DNA of 64,000 nt from an uncultured Gammaproteobacteria bacterium (GTDB taxonomy: Bacteria; Patescibacteriota; Patescibacteriia; JACRDY01), in NCBI GenBank assembly GCA_964550465.1, contig CAZJZH010000001.1, forward strand, positions 107 to 64,106, in the 5' to 3' direction. The notes under the pieces are model-generated. The model was not told the origin of the DNA, searched no databases, and saw only the letters and a list, made by a program, of their open reading frames with translations. Below are positions 28,730-39,485 of this stretch, piece by piece. How positions within the stretch are numbered: the first letter of the stretch is position 1; each line of letters starts with the position of its first letter. The position numbers and the translations under genes are program-made.

Positions 28730-30085
28730 CTATGTGGTCAATAATTGTTTAATTTCAGCTAATTTTTCATCAACCAGCTGCTGATCGGTTGATTCTACAT
28801 TCAGCCGCACCAGCGGTTCAGTAGCTGACACCCGTAGACTGAAGCGCCAGTTGTCATAGGCCACCGCTACACCATCGCTGTCGTCCAGCTGTCCATCGGC
28901 GTAGTGCTGCTTGACCGTCTCCAGTGCCGCGTCACGATCCGCCACAGTGAAGTTATGCTCACCAGAGATAAAGAAGCGACTGGTGTATGACTGTAGTAGG
29001 GTCTGCAAATCAGTCTGCCGTTTGGACAACAGCTCCAGGACCATCAGCAGCGGAATCATGCCATTGTCAGCGTACCAGTTGTCACGGAAATAAAAGTGGC
29101 CGCTGGACTCACCACAGAAAACAGCCTGCTCTTTGCGCATCCGGTCCTTGATGTAGGAATGCCCGACCTTGACCTGAAAGGCCGTGCCGCTGTGCTCCTC
29201 AGCTGCTGCCCGCGCGGCATAGACGTAGCGGGTGTCATAGAGGAAGGTAGCGCCGGGCTGCTTGCCTAAGAATTGCTCAATGAAAATGGCTGACAAGTAA
29301 GACGGGTTGTAAAAATTCCCTTGATTATCACAGAAAAATACCCGATCACCATCACCATCCCAAGCTACACCAAAGTCAGCCCCACTGGTCTGCGTCAACT
29401 CCAGTAACTCACCACGATTCTCCGGCCGCAGTGGATCCGGCCGTCCTTTGGGGAAAGTACCATCAGGATCGTAGTTCAGTTTTGATACCTGCAGCGGCAG
29501 ATTGCTGTGAGCGATCAGTTTGTCCAGGATAACCCCATTCATGCCAAAGTTAGCGTTGGCTGCTAGATGGAACTGGGTGATGGCTGACAGATCAACAAAA
29601 GAAGTGACAAAATTCAGATACTCATCCCAGATGTCTTGCTCGGTCACACTGCCCTGTTTACCTGGTGAGGTCAGTGGTCCATCGATAATCATATCCCGCA
29701 GATCAAACAAGCCGTTTTCTGCGAAGACTGGCTGGGCTTCCTGCTTGGTAATTTTGATGCCGGCGTACTCGGCCGGGTTATGCGAGGCTGATGCCACAAT
29801 GCCCCCGTCGTAACCATAGTGACCAACTGCAAAATAGAGCATGTCTGAGGCGATCATACCAATATCAAACACTTCCACTCCAGACTCCACCAACCCGCGG
29901 ATAATTTCCGCCTTAATCTGCCCACTGGCTGGCCGAACATCTTGCCCCACTACCACCCGCTTGGGTTGAAATTTCTGCGCATAAGCCAAGGCTACCTGGT
30001 AGCCCACTGCTGGTGTTAGATCATCATTAAAAATGCCGCGAATATCGTAAGAACGAAAAATATCTGGACTAATCGAGGTGGTCAT
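28730..30085 (-). CDS. phosphomannomutase/phosphoglucomutase
   Basis: The active-site ASHNPAEYAGIK motif and the four-domain PGM/PMM layout. Confidence 0.88.
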   Translation of the reverse strand: MTTSISPDIFRSYDIRGIFNDDLTPAVGYQVALAYAQKFQPKRVVVGQDVRPASGQIKAEIIRGLVESGVEVFDIGMIASDMLYFAVGHYGYDGGIVASASHNPAEYAGIKITKQEAQPVFAENGLFDLRDMIIDGPLTSPGKQGSVTEQDIWDEYLNFVTSFVDLSAITQFHLAANANFGMNGVILDKLIAHSNLPLQVSKLNYDPDGTFPKGRPDPLRPENRGELLELTQTSGADFGVAWDGDGDRVFFCDNQGNFYNPSYLSAIFIEQFLGKQPGATFLYDTRYVYAARAAAEEHSGTAFQVKVGHSYIKDRMRKEQAVFCGESSGHFYFRDNWYADNGMIPLLMVLELLSKRQTDLQTLLQSYTSRFFISGEHNFTVADRDAALETVKQHYADGQLDDSDGVAVAYDNWRFSLRVSATEPLVRLNVESTDQQLVDEKLAEIKQLLTT

Positions 30086-30170
30086 AGGAAAAATTGACTA
30101 ACAGCGCCATTTTTCTTATAATTTAAGTGGATTTTAGTATATCAGTTTCACTTAAGAAACGCTAATTATT

Positions 30171-30767
30171 TTGTGCACTATGGGAAGTTTTATTGCCGGC
30201 TTGGGGGGCATTGTCGGTCTGGTCATCATCGGTATCGTCGTCCTGTTCATTCTGTGGCTGATTGGTGTCTACAACCGCTTTGTCAAACTCAAGCACCGAG
30301 CTGAAGAAGCTTGGTCAGATATTGACGTGCAATTGCAGCGCCGTCACGACCTGATTCCTAACTTAGTTGAGACAGTCAAGGGCTACGCCGCCCATGAGCA
30401 AGAGACTTTGCAAAAGGTGATCGAGGCTCGCAACATGGCCATGGCCGCGCAGAGTAAGGGTGCAGCTGCCTCAGCTGAGGCAGAAAACATGCTGACCGAT
30501 ACACTGAAGTCAATCTTTGCCTTGAGTGAAAGTTACCCTGACCTGAAGGCCAATGAAAATTTTGCCAAGCTGCAAGACGAGCTCAGTGATACGGAGAACA
30601 AAGTCATGGCCGCTCGCCGCTTCTACAACGACACGGTCAAAGCCTTCAACATCTCCTTCGAAACCTTCCCAGCTAACCTCTTTGCTAAGCAACTAGGCTT
30701 TGCTCAGAAGGAATACTTTGAAGTGGGTGGTGAGGCGGTTCGTCAGAACCCTAACGTCAGCTTCTAA
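30171..30767 (+). CDS. lemA: LemA family protein
   Basis: An N-terminal TM followed by a conserved LemA core (NRFVKLKH...EAWSDIDVQLQRRHDLIPNLVETVKGYAAHE). Confidence 0.8.
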   Translation: MCTMGSFIAGLGGIVGLVIIGIVVLFILWLIGVYNRFVKLKHRAEEAWSDIDVQLQRRHDLIPNLVETVKGYAAHEQETLQKVIEARNMAMAAQSKGAAASAEAENMLTDTLKSIFALSESYPDLKANENFAKLQDELSDTENKVMAARRFYNDTVKAFNISFETFPANLFAKQLGFAQKEYFEVGGEAVRQNPNVSF

Positions 30768-30773
30768 CCAGCC

Positions 30774-31649
30774 ATGCTGTACGATCAGATTGATAGTAAT
30801 AAGCGGCGGAGTACCTGGCTAGTTATCCTCTTCGTCGTCTTCGTCTTAGCGGTGGGCTGGTTACTGAGCTACACCACGGACTTTGGTTATGGCTGGCTAG
30901 TGGTAGCCTTTTTCATCTCCATCGCCATGTCTATCAGCGGCTACTTTTATGGTGATCGCATGGCGTTGGCTTCATCTGGCGCCCAGCAAATCGCCAAAGA
31001 AGACAATCCGTATGTCTACCGAATGGTGGAGAACCTCTGTATCGCTACCGGCTTGCCAATACCGAAAGTTCACATCATCCCTGATAACAGTATCAACGCC
31101 TTTGCCACTGGTCGCGACCCAGAGCATGCCTCTGTGGCCGTCACCCAGGGGGCGATTGATAAACTGGAAAACGAAGAGCTGGAAGGCGTCATTGCTCATG
31201 AGTTGGCCCATATCCAGAACTATGACATCCGGCTGATGACCCTGGTGATTGTCTTGGTCGGCACGCTGGCACTGCTGAGTGATATCTTTATCCGTAGTCG
31301 GCTATTTGGTGGTAGTAACGATAATCGTAACCAAGGCGGCCTGCTGGCCATTGTCGGCGTGGCGCTGATCATCCTCTCCCCCATCATCGCCAAACTGATT
31401 CAACTAGCTGTTTCACGTAAGCGAGAGTTTCTGGCAGATGCCTCCGGCGCCCTGATGACCCGCTACCCAGAAGGCTTGGCCCGAGCGCTGGAAAAAATCG
31501 GCCAGCAGTCCCAACCCCTACGCCGCGCCAGTCAGGCCACCGCCCATCTGTACATCAGCAATCCTTTTGGTAAAACATCCTTAGCGAAATTATTTTCTAC
31601 TCACCCGCCCATCGAAGAGCGCGTCGCTGCCCTTCGCTCCGGCGCCTAA
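30774..31649 (+). CDS. M48-family zinc metalloprotease (HtpX-like)
   Basis: HELAHIQNYD (HExxH) flanked by TM helices. Placement directly after lemA is a common arrangement. Confidence 0.7.
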   Translation: MLYDQIDSNKRRSTWLVILFVVFVLAVGWLLSYTTDFGYGWLVVAFFISIAMSISGYFYGDRMALASSGAQQIAKEDNPYVYRMVENLCIATGLPIPKVHIIPDNSINAFATGRDPEHASVAVTQGAIDKLENEELEGVIAHELAHIQNYDIRLMTLVIVLVGTLALLSDIFIRSRLFGGSNDNRNQGGLLAIVGVALIILSPIIAKLIQLAVSRKREFLADASGALMTRYPEGLARALEKIGQQSQPLRRASQATAHLYISNPFGKTSLAKLFSTHPPIEERVAALRSGA

Positions 31650-31662
31650 CCTTAGCAACCTT

Positions 31663-32505
31663 ATGCCTGAAAAAACCTTGATCGACTTTGACGAACTGCT
31701 CAGTCACAGCTGGCGCGACTTCACCCAGCACTTGGGTAAGCTGCTCGGCATGTCTGTGCTGATCACCTTGCCGTCGTTTATCTTGATCGGCCTGGTTGGT
31801 TTTAGTATCGTTGCCTTGCGCGGCAGTGTTACTACTCAGATCATCATGTCCGTGATTATCATTCTATTGCTTCTGACGGTTATTATCGTCAGTATTTGGG
31901 GTGGGGCGGCATTTATTCGTCTGACCCAGGACCTAACCAAATCAATTAGCCAGGTATTTCGCTCCACACGCAATTTAATTTTGCCCTACTTCTTAGTTGG
32001 TTTGTTAGTTAGCGTAATCTTACTGGCCATTGCGCTGGTGCCTATGGCTATCGGCGCTATTGGTTACACTATAGCTATCAATATCATCGCTAACTCGTCA
32101 GTAGAGGTAGCAGCCTCACTGATTGGCGGTATTATCGTTGTAGTTGGTACTATCCTATTTATCCGCCAACTGATCAACTACAGCTTCAGTCAATTTGTTT
32201 TGGTCTATGAAAATAGTCGTGGCATGACGGCCTTGCAGCGTAGCCAGCAACTGGTCCGCGGTCACTGGTGGGGCATCTTTGGTCGGCTACTAGTGTTGTG
32301 GTTGGTTATCGCTATCACCCAAGGGGTATTGAGCAGTATCCTTGGACTAGCTACTAGTAATGATGTAATTTTCTTTTTCTTCAATTTAATTTTTAGCCTC
32401 CTGGTAGCACCATTTAGCGTGCTCTACATCGCTCACCTCTACCGTGATGTAGCCGGACAGACTGCTGCCCCAACACCACCAACCAATGAACCAACCAGCA
32501 ACTAA
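31663..32505 (+). CDS. polytopic membrane protein (hypothetical)
   Basis: About 6 predicted TM helices. Family not recognised. Confidence 0.45.
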   Translation: MPEKTLIDFDELLSHSWRDFTQHLGKLLGMSVLITLPSFILIGLVGFSIVALRGSVTTQIIMSVIIILLLLTVIIVSIWGGAAFIRLTQDLTKSISQVFRSTRNLILPYFLVGLLVSVILLAIALVPMAIGAIGYTIAINIIANSSVEVAASLIGGIIVVVGTILFIRQLINYSFSQFVLVYENSRGMTALQRSQQLVRGHWWGIFGRLLVLWLVIAITQGVLSSILGLATSNDVIFFFFNLIFSLLVAPFSVLYIAHLYRDVAGQTAAPTPPTNEPTSN

Positions 32506-34987
32506 CCAATTCTTCAGTCAGAACCTGAAACGAGCCTTACGCTCGGCTCATGGCTGTGCCCGTGAACTCGGGCAATCTGTGGTGACACCAGAGCACCTGC
32601 TGTTTGGTTTAATCGTCACTCGCGGCAGTGTTAGTAGTGAGCTGTTGCATAAACAAGGGGTGCGTCCCTTGCAAACCCAGCGACTGATTGCTGAGCTGTT
32701 TTCCGCTACCACTGGCGATACGCCACCAGAGCTGACTGGTCCGGCGCAGCGCGTTCTTCAGCAGATGGCTATCATTGCCCAGCGCCACCAGCACCGCTAC
32801 ATCGGCACCGAACACCTGCTGGCGGCCCTACTGGAAAACCCGCCCAAACTAGTGCTAGCCATCTTGGCCCAGAGCAGTGTTAATCTGGAAACACTGACTG
32901 ACCAACTAACAGTCATCTTACGCAGCACCAGTAAACTCAACGATATTGGTGGCATTCTGCAGCAGCAGTCTGAGTCATCGCCACCAGGTGATGAAGGCAT
33001 GCCCTTTGGGCAACCGCCACAGCCCGCCAACAGCGGCAACGTCTTGGAATTATTCACGGTTGACCTGACTGACCCAGATGTCCAATCAGACATCGACCCG
33101 GTGATTGGCCGCCAGACAGAAATTGAGCGGCTGACCCAGATTCTCTGTCGTCGCACCAAAAACAACCCCGTCCTACTGGGTGAGCCGGGCGTTGGCAAAA
33201 CAGCTATCGTTGAAGGTTTAGCTAAAAATATCGTCAATGCTCGCGTGCCGGAAGTCCTGCTCGATAAGCAGATTTTAATGCTTGATTTGGGGCTGCTGTT
33301 GGCCGGTACCATGTACCGTGGGGAATTTGAACAACGGCTGAAAAATGTTATTACAGAAATTCAAAAAGATGACTCTGTCATTCTCTTTATTGATGAACTC
33401 CATACGCTGACCGGCGCTGGCGCTGCGCCTGGTTCTATGGATGCGGCTAATATTCTCAAACCTTCACTGGCCCGCGGACAGATCCGCTGTATCGGCGCCA
33501 CCACCCTGGATGAGTACCGTAAACATATTGAAGCTGACCCCGCTCTAGAACGCCGCTTTCAACCGGTAATGGTAGCTGAACCAACAGTGGAAAAAACGGT
33601 CGCCATCCTCACCGGTGTGAAACCTCACTATGAGTCATACCACCACGTCACTATTACTGATGAGGCTATCAAAGCGGCGGCTCAGTTGTCACACCGCTAT
33701 GTAACAGAACGATTCTTGCCAGACAAGGCTATTGACCTAATTGATGAGGCGGCCGCTAAAGTCCGCGTGGCCCACAAACCTAGTCACGTTATGCAAAAAG
33801 CCCGCTCGATTGAACAGGGTATTGCGGTGCTAGAAAAGAATAAGCGGCAAGCTATTGCTGATGAAAAATTTGACCAAGCCTTGTCTTATAAGCATCAACA
33901 AGCAAAAGCCCAGCAAGAACTGCACCACCTGCGCAGCGCAATTGAAAAAGAACAGCAGCAGCGGATTGGTCGCATCACAGCTGAAAATATCGCTCAACTG
34001 GTGTCAGACATGACCGGTATCCCCCTAGCAGAAGTAGCTGAAGACCAGCAGCAGAAGATTTTAGACCTGGAAAAATCGCTTAAAAAAGCCATTGTTGGCC
34101 AAGACGAAGCGATTGAACAACTAGTCCGCGCCATTAAGCGCTCTCGGGCCGGCGTGGCTACCGAACAGCGCCCTATTGGCTCATTTATCTTCCTGGGTCC
34201 CTCTGGGGTCGGTAAGACCGCCTTGGCTAAAGTGCTGGCCAAAGAATTATTTGAAGACGAGTCAGCCCTGGTCAAAATTGACATGTCGGAATTCCGCGAA
34301 AGTTTCAATGTGTCGAAACTGATCGGCTCGCCACCCGGCTATGTTGGCTACCGCGAAAGTGGTCAGCTAACTGAGGCTGTCCGCCGTCGACCGTACAGCG
34401 TGGTGCTGTTTGATGAAATTGAAAAAGCTCACCCGGAAATCTTTAACATCCTGCTGCAGGTGATGGAAGACGGCATGCTGACTGATGCTACCGGTCGCCA
34501 GGTCAACTTCAAAAACACCATCATCATTATGACCTCCAATGTCGGTTTGCAGCAGTTTGTTCGCACCAAGTCGATTGGCTTTGATGCTGTGGCTACTAAT
34601 GATGACCTCTACGATGAAATGAAAGGCTACCTAGAAAAAAGCTTAGTTGATCAGTTCCGACCAGAATTCCTCAACCGACTGGACGCCACCCTATTCTTCC
34701 GCCCACTCAACGCGGCTGATTTGAAAAAGATTGTCCGCCTGCAGTTAGCTGAGCTGAATAGTCGACTCGGCAAGCAAGGCGTCACCATAAAAGCTGATGC
34801 CAAAGCCGTCAATTGGCTGGCCACTCACCAGCAGGCACCACAGCAAGGCGCTCGGCTGATCCGCCGGCATATTCAGACATTGATCGAAACACCGTTGTCA
34901 GAACTGATTTTGCAGCAGAAAACTACCAAACGTGGTATAATCTCAGTAACCGTTTCAGATAATAACCTCCAGCTGACTCCTCAGTAA
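32486..34987 (+). CDS. clpC: ATP-dependent Clp protease ATP-binding subunit ClpC-type (two AAA+ modules)
   Basis: Two Clp_N repeats and two Walker A motifs ([15 protein letters not shown] and [15 protein letters not shown]). A UVR-like middle region and the Clp C-terminal D2-small domain are present. Confidence 0.85.
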   Translation: MNQPATNQFFSQNLKRALRSAHGCARELGQSVVTPEHLLFGLIVTRGSVSSELLHKQGVRPLQTQRLIAELFSATTGDTPPELTGPAQRVLQQMAIIAQRHQHRYIGTEHLLAALLENPPKLVLAILAQSSVNLETLTDQLTVILRSTSKLNDIGGILQQQSESSPPGDEGMPFGQPPQPANSGNVLELFTVDLTDPDVQSDIDPVIGRQTEIERLTQILCRRTKNNPVLLGEPGVGKTAIVEGLAKNIVNARVPEVLLDKQILMLDLGLLLAGTMYRGEFEQRLKNVITEIQKDDSVILFIDELHTLTGAGAAPGSMDAANILKPSLARGQIRCIGATTLDEYRKHIEADPALERRFQPVMVAEPTVEKTVAILTGVKPHYESYHHVTITDEAIKAAAQLSHRYVTERFLPDKAIDLIDEAAAKVRVAHKPSHVMQKARSIEQGIAVLEKNKRQAIADEKFDQALSYKHQQAKAQQELHHLRSAIEKEQQQRIGRITAENIAQLVSDMTGIPLAEVAEDQQQKILDLEKSLKKAIVGQDEAIEQLVRAIKRSRAGVATEQRPIGSFIFLGPSGVGKTALAKVLAKELFEDESALVKIDMSEFRESFNVSKLIGSPPGYVGYRESGQLTEAVRRRPYSVVLFDEIEKAHPEIFNILLQVMEDGMLTDATGRQVNFKNTIIIMTSNVGLQQFVRTKSIGFDAVATNDDLYDEMKGYLEKSLVDQFRPEFLNRLDATLFFRPLNAADLKKIVRLQLAELNSRLGKQGVTIKADAKAVNWLATHQQAPQQGARLIRRHIQTLIETPLSELILQQKTTKRGIISVTVSDNNLQLTPQ

Positions 34988-35019
34988 CTTGATCCGCCGG
35001 AGGGTAACGACACACGTCT

Positions 35020-35721
35020 ATGGCGGAAGCAAACGTCCTGACCAACCAAACCTTGTCCAAGGGTGCTTTTCGACGTCAACAACGACAAGAGACTGCGACG
35101 GCCAATAGCCAATCTACTGCTCGTCAAGCGACAACCCAAGATCCTCAGGCTATGTCTGCTCGGCAGTACTTGCGCCAAGGACGTCGCATTCGCGCTAAAG
35201 AGCTGCGTGACAATCAAGCGAAGTCTCGACTTCGCAAAAACGCCAACGCTCTTGCCGACGTAGCAGGTGAAGTAGCAACTGCTCATTTACTAAAATTATC
35301 ATGGATTAACCTGATTGATAGCTTTGGTTTAACCCTGCTCTACATCAACTTTCACTTTGCGGCGCGGTACTTCGCTGGTAGTCGTCGTTTTTGTCAGTTT
35401 GGTATTGAGTGGTTTACTTTTGGGAAAGTAGGGGTAGCAAAGAAGGCAAAGGGGCGTGCCCGTCAGCAAGCCACCCGCAACAGTCAAGGCAAGGTGGCAG
35501 CCAGTGGCAGTCGCATTGCTGGCGCGGCCAGTAGCGCTGTGATTAAAGCTAAGAACCTAGCCAAAGTCATGGCCTCTAAGCCCATTGAACTAGCTGAAAT
35601 TATCGTCCTAGTTGTATTGGATATAATTATCGCTACGCTGTTGCTGATATCATTTTTGACGCTGATGCTACCAATTCTAGCCCCTATTGTTGGCTGGACA
35701 TTTTTGGCTAGTTATTTTTGA
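35020..35721 (+). CDS. hypothetical protein (basic N-terminus, C-terminal TM)
   Basis: 233 aa. Arg/Gln-rich N-terminal half and a hydrophobic C-terminal helix. Confidence 0.4.
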   Translation: MAEANVLTNQTLSKGAFRRQQRQETATANSQSTARQATTQDPQAMSARQYLRQGRRIRAKELRDNQAKSRLRKNANALADVAGEVATAHLLKLSWINLIDSFGLTLLYINFHFAARYFAGSRRFCQFGIEWFTFGKVGVAKKAKGRARQQATRNSQGKVAASGSRIAGAASSAVIKAKNLAKVMASKPIELAEIIVLVVLDIIIATLLLISFLTLMLPILAPIVGWTFLASYF

Positions 35722-35742
35722 TCCTATTCTAGACATACCCCT

Positions 35743-36993
35743 ATGAGTGACCGCACTAAACGTATCTTGTTTATCATCGCTTTCGTGCTAGCCGCTGGGC
35801 TGTTAGCCTATGCGCTGTACTTCATACTATTTGGCGCCACCTCAACGCCAACCACGCCAACCAATCAAATCAACCAAGGTGACGATTTTTCTGGTGGCTT
35901 ACCACCAGCCAACACTGGCAGCGGTACGGTCTTGCTAAACGTCAACGGTCGACTGGTACCTTCTGACGAAGTTGACACCACTCCCCCAGCCACTTCTACT
36001 GCTAGTCCTATCGCCCGTGGTGGCACCACGCAAGTGACGCAAGTATCAACCACACCAATAGAATCAATGTACCGATCATCTGACGGTAACAACCTGGTTG
36101 GCTACAACCCAAATGACGGCAAGTTCTACAAATATAACGCTGACGGCAGCGTCACTGCCCTATCTGATGATGAATTCTTTAATGTCGATGAAGTTACCTG
36201 GGCACCGGATAGCGCTAAAGCTATTATGAAGTTCCCTGACGGCGCCACTATTTACTACAATTTCTTAACCAAAGAACAGAAGACGCTACCCAACCACTGG
36301 GAAGAATTTGACTTTTCTGACGACTCGACAAAGATCGCCTTTAAAAACATGCGCTTGGACCGCGAGAACCGTTGGCTGTCCGTAGCTAATGCTGACGGCA
36401 GCCAGGTGCGTAACATCGCGCCGGTGGGCGATAATAGTAGTAACATCTCTGTCTTGTGGTCACCAACTGGACAGGTGGTCGGGAACTACCGTCAGAGCAT
36501 GGACTTTGACCGTCAACGCTTGATCTTTATCACCACTGACGGTACCGAATTACCCGCTGTCGTACTGCAAGGGCGTGGTCTGGAGCAACAGTACAGTCCG
36601 GATGGCGAATTCCTCTTCTACAGTGTCTACTCCAGCTTTACCGACCTACAACCCAACCTGTGGTTCACCACCGCTCGTGGTGACCAGTCTGGTCTGCTGC
36701 GCGTCAACTTAGAGCTTAATACCTGGGCGGATAAATGTGCCTTCGCTGATGGTCAAACCGTCTACTGCGCCGTGCCACAGTACCTGCCGAAAGGGGCTGG
36801 GCTGGTACCAGAAGTAGCCGATAGTATTCCGGATGATTTCTACAAAATTGACTTACAATCCGGTGCCAAGACCCTGATCGCCACCACTGAAGACAGCTAC
36901 ACAGCTGAGAACATAGTGGTCAGCCAAGATGGTCGTAACTTGTTCTTTACCGACACGGCTACTGGCACCGCTCAACAGATTCGTATCCGCTAA
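35743..36993 (+). CDS. membrane-anchored beta-propeller protein (TolB/PD40-like repeats)
   Basis: N-terminal TM. Repeated W/YSPDG-like motifs (WAPDSAKA, WSPTGQVV, YSPDGEFLFY). Confidence 0.5.
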   Translation: MSDRTKRILFIIAFVLAAGLLAYALYFILFGATSTPTTPTNQINQGDDFSGGLPPANTGSGTVLLNVNGRLVPSDEVDTTPPATSTASPIARGGTTQVTQVSTTPIESMYRSSDGNNLVGYNPNDGKFYKYNADGSVTALSDDEFFNVDEVTWAPDSAKAIMKFPDGATIYYNFLTKEQKTLPNHWEEFDFSDDSTKIAFKNMRLDRENRWLSVANADGSQVRNIAPVGDNSSNISVLWSPTGQVVGNYRQSMDFDRQRLIFITTDGTELPAVVLQGRGLEQQYSPDGEFLFYSVYSSFTDLQPNLWFTTARGDQSGLLRVNLELNTWADKCAFADGQTVYCAVPQYLPKGAGLVPEVADSIPDDFYKIDLQSGAKTLIATTEDSYTAENIVVSQDGRNLFFTDTATGTAQQIRIR

Positions 36994-37002
36994 CTATTTC
37001 CC

Positions 37003-38175
37003 ATGCGCCTTCACTTCTTCCATTGGTTAATTGTCAGCTGCCTGGTTATCGGCAGTGGCCTTGTGGTCAGCGGCGTCTTGGCGCAAGACGAACAGCCTGT
37101 CAATTTACTACTGGACGAGCCAGACCTGCAAATCAATCTACCGAGCGTCAACCTGACGCCCTCCTCAGACATTAAAGCTACTGGACCACAAGGCAATCAG
37201 TACTACGCCATTCCGTGGATTGCCGAATACATCAGCGGTGCCTATCAGTTTATCATTGGTGCGGCTATTGCCCTGGCGATTATTGTTATCATTGTAGCTG
37301 GCTTCACCTGGATGACGGCCGGTGGTAATGCTGATGCAGTCAATCGAGCTAAGACTACTATCGTCGGTGCTGTCACTGGCGTACTGTTGGCTTTGGGCAG
37401 CTTTTCTATTCTCTATATTGTTAACCCAAATTTAACCAACTTAACCCCGTTACGAGTGCCAATTATTGGTCGAGTTGGACTAGGGCAATTTTGTTCACCA
37501 GAAGTCTTGCCAAACGAAACTATATACCTCATTAACGACAGAGTGGGAGAGATTAGTGGCGAAAAATTTACTGCTGGACGTAAAACCACCTGCGGGTTGT
37601 ATTACAGTAAGGGTGAAGAAATAACTAGTGGCAGTATCTGTATTGGCTCCTCTTGTGGTGGCAGCACTGCCTGCGTGCCAAATATTAATGAAGACGGCTC
37701 CATCAACGCCTACGGTGGTGCGTTACCAATACCACCATATATGCAGGTAGACTATGCCTGTCAAAACCCTGGCACGGTATGTAATAAAATTAAAGATGAC
37801 GACGTTGAGCGCTCTTTTGGTCTGGGAGAAGGTCAGCGAGTATGCGATCTTATCAATAACAGCCCTGGTGCTCGTACTGGCACTAACGGCGGTACCTGCG
37901 TCTGGGTAGACAAAGACGCTGCTCGTATTTTTGCTGGTGATGACCGATGCTACTGGTGCTCGCAGGAGCTGTACCAAAAACTAGCAGCTGATTGGGATGG
38001 TGGCTTTACTCCCGATGTTGATGAAGATGACCCTCAAACTATTTGTGAATTATTAGCGGATGAGGAAGTTGATGATTGGAGTGATATCATTAAGTACACA
38101 TCAATGGACACTATCCGTGGCCTTGATAAGTGGGAAGTTTCTGCCTGCGCCAGTGCTAAGTGTAATGGCCTATGA
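37003..38175 (+). CDS. secreted VirB2/TrbC-pilin-like two-helix protein with C-terminal Cys-rich domain (paralog 1)
   Basis: Signal peptide. The conserved core YYAIPWIAEYISGAYQFIIGAAIALAIIVIIVAGFTWMTAGGNADAVNRAKTTIVGAVTGVLLALGSFSILYIVNPN is shared with the ORFs at 38172 and 40633. The C-terminal region (about 220 aa) contains about 16 Cys. Confidence 0.5.
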   Translation: MRLHFFHWLIVSCLVIGSGLVVSGVLAQDEQPVNLLLDEPDLQINLPSVNLTPSSDIKATGPQGNQYYAIPWIAEYISGAYQFIIGAAIALAIIVIIVAGFTWMTAGGNADAVNRAKTTIVGAVTGVLLALGSFSILYIVNPNLTNLTPLRVPIIGRVGLGQFCSPEVLPNETIYLINDRVGEISGEKFTAGRKTTCGLYYSKGEEITSGSICIGSSCGGSTACVPNINEDGSINAYGGALPIPPYMQVDYACQNPGTVCNKIKDDDVERSFGLGEGQRVCDLINNSPGARTGTNGGTCVWVDKDAARIFAGDDRCYWCSQELYQKLAADWDGGFTPDVDEDDPQTICELLADEEVDDWSDIIKYTSMDTIRGLDKWEVSACASAKCNGL

Positions 38176-39485
38176 TTAAAAAAAGCCTCATTATCGCTAT
38201 CCTCTCCTTCAGTCTCCTGTCTTCCGCAGTAGCGGTACCGGTATGGGCTCAAGACGATGAGCCGGAAACTGAAGAGACTGAAACAACGGCGGATAATGAG
38301 GAAGAAGCTGGACAATGCACCCGCAAAGAAAACGACTACTTCAGTGGCTCTTGCGCTGATGCGACGGGCAGTAGTAAATGTTGCGATGGCTGCACCTGTC
38401 ACAATATTGAAAATGAGACTGGTGACATTATTGCGCACGAATGCATTAGCTGTCCACCAGAAGGGCAACGTGTACAATTAAGTATCCCAGACACACAAAT
38501 AGGCTTCCCTGACGGTGACGTTAGTTTTTCTCGTGATGTGCCATTACGTGGTCCTGAGGGTAATCAATTCTATAGCATTCCCTGGATTGCTGAGTACATC
38601 AGCTCAGCTTATCAGTTCATTATCGGTGCTGCCGTACTATTAGCTATCATCGTCATTATTATAGCCGGCTTTACTTGGATGACAGCTGGTGGTAACGGTG
38701 ATGCTGTTAAGCGAGCCAAAGAGCAAATTCTGGGTGCAGTGACAGGGGTGTTACTGGCAGTAGGTAGCTATTCTATCCTCTATATTGTCAATCCTAACTT
38801 AGTCAACCTAACACCCGTGACCGTGCCATACACGCAATACACGGAGCTTGATTTTGAAGATGAGGCGCAAGAACTGGCTGGGCTGAGCAATAGAGGGCCT
38901 GCGAATGGTTCATACCCTTCAATTGGTGGTGAATGCTTCCCATTTGCTAATGGCCCTATCCGCGGAATTGCTAACAATTTTGGGCAGCGTCGAAAATTTA
39001 AAGATGGATCTCCTCGGTGCCACGCTGGTGTAGATATTCCTACTGCAGGAAATAGGCCCGAGGATGTTGTAGCCATTGCTGATGGGAGAGTTGTCGCTGG
39101 ACCATACTCATTTCTCCCTAACTGCAAAACAGGCCCAGGGGATAGCGTAGCGCTATTAGTGCAGCACGGAGCTAATGTTGTGAACTACGGTGAATTAAAT
39201 GTTGGCACGGTGACTGTCAAAGCTGGTGATACCGTAAAAGCAGGTGATACATTAGGCACTGCCTCTAACTGTGGCATGCTGCATTTTGAACTTTACACAA
39301 GCGGAACTGCGGCTAATACAAGTTGGCCCACCCCCGACAACCAGGCTGTTGGTGATGACCCAAATTACTGTGCTAAGCACTATCTCAGCACCAAACCAAA
39401 AAACCTCTTGGATCCCACCTCAACCCTAAAGGATTTATCCTCAAAAGTATGCGCGAACGCGGGCGAAGCAACAGAGACAGAGTAA
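38172..39485 (+). CDS. secreted pilin-like two-helix protein fused to M23/LytM-like peptidase domain (paralog 2)
   Basis: Signal peptide and an N-terminal Cys-rich acidic segment. The same conserved core as paralog 1 (FYSIPWIAEYISSAYQFIIGAA...GFTWMTAGGNGDAVKRAK...). The C-terminal region (HAGVDIP...DGRVV...GMLHFELY) resembles M23 peptidases. Confidence 0.5.
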   Translation: MIKKSLIIAILSFSLLSSAVAVPVWAQDDEPETEETETTADNEEEAGQCTRKENDYFSGSCADATGSSKCCDGCTCHNIENETGDIIAHECISCPPEGQRVQLSIPDTQIGFPDGDVSFSRDVPLRGPEGNQFYSIPWIAEYISSAYQFIIGAAVLLAIIVIIIAGFTWMTAGGNGDAVKRAKEQILGAVTGVLLAVGSYSILYIVNPNLVNLTPVTVPYTQYTELDFEDEAQELAGLSNRGPANGSYPSIGGECFPFANGPIRGIANNFGQRRKFKDGSPRCHAGVDIPTAGNRPEDVVAIADGRVVAGPYSFLPNCKTGPGDSVALLVQHGANVVNYGELNVGTVTVKAGDTVKAGDTLGTASNCGMLHFELYTSGTAANTSWPTPDNQAVGDDPNYCAKHYLSTKPKNLLDPTSTLKDLSSKVCANAGEATETE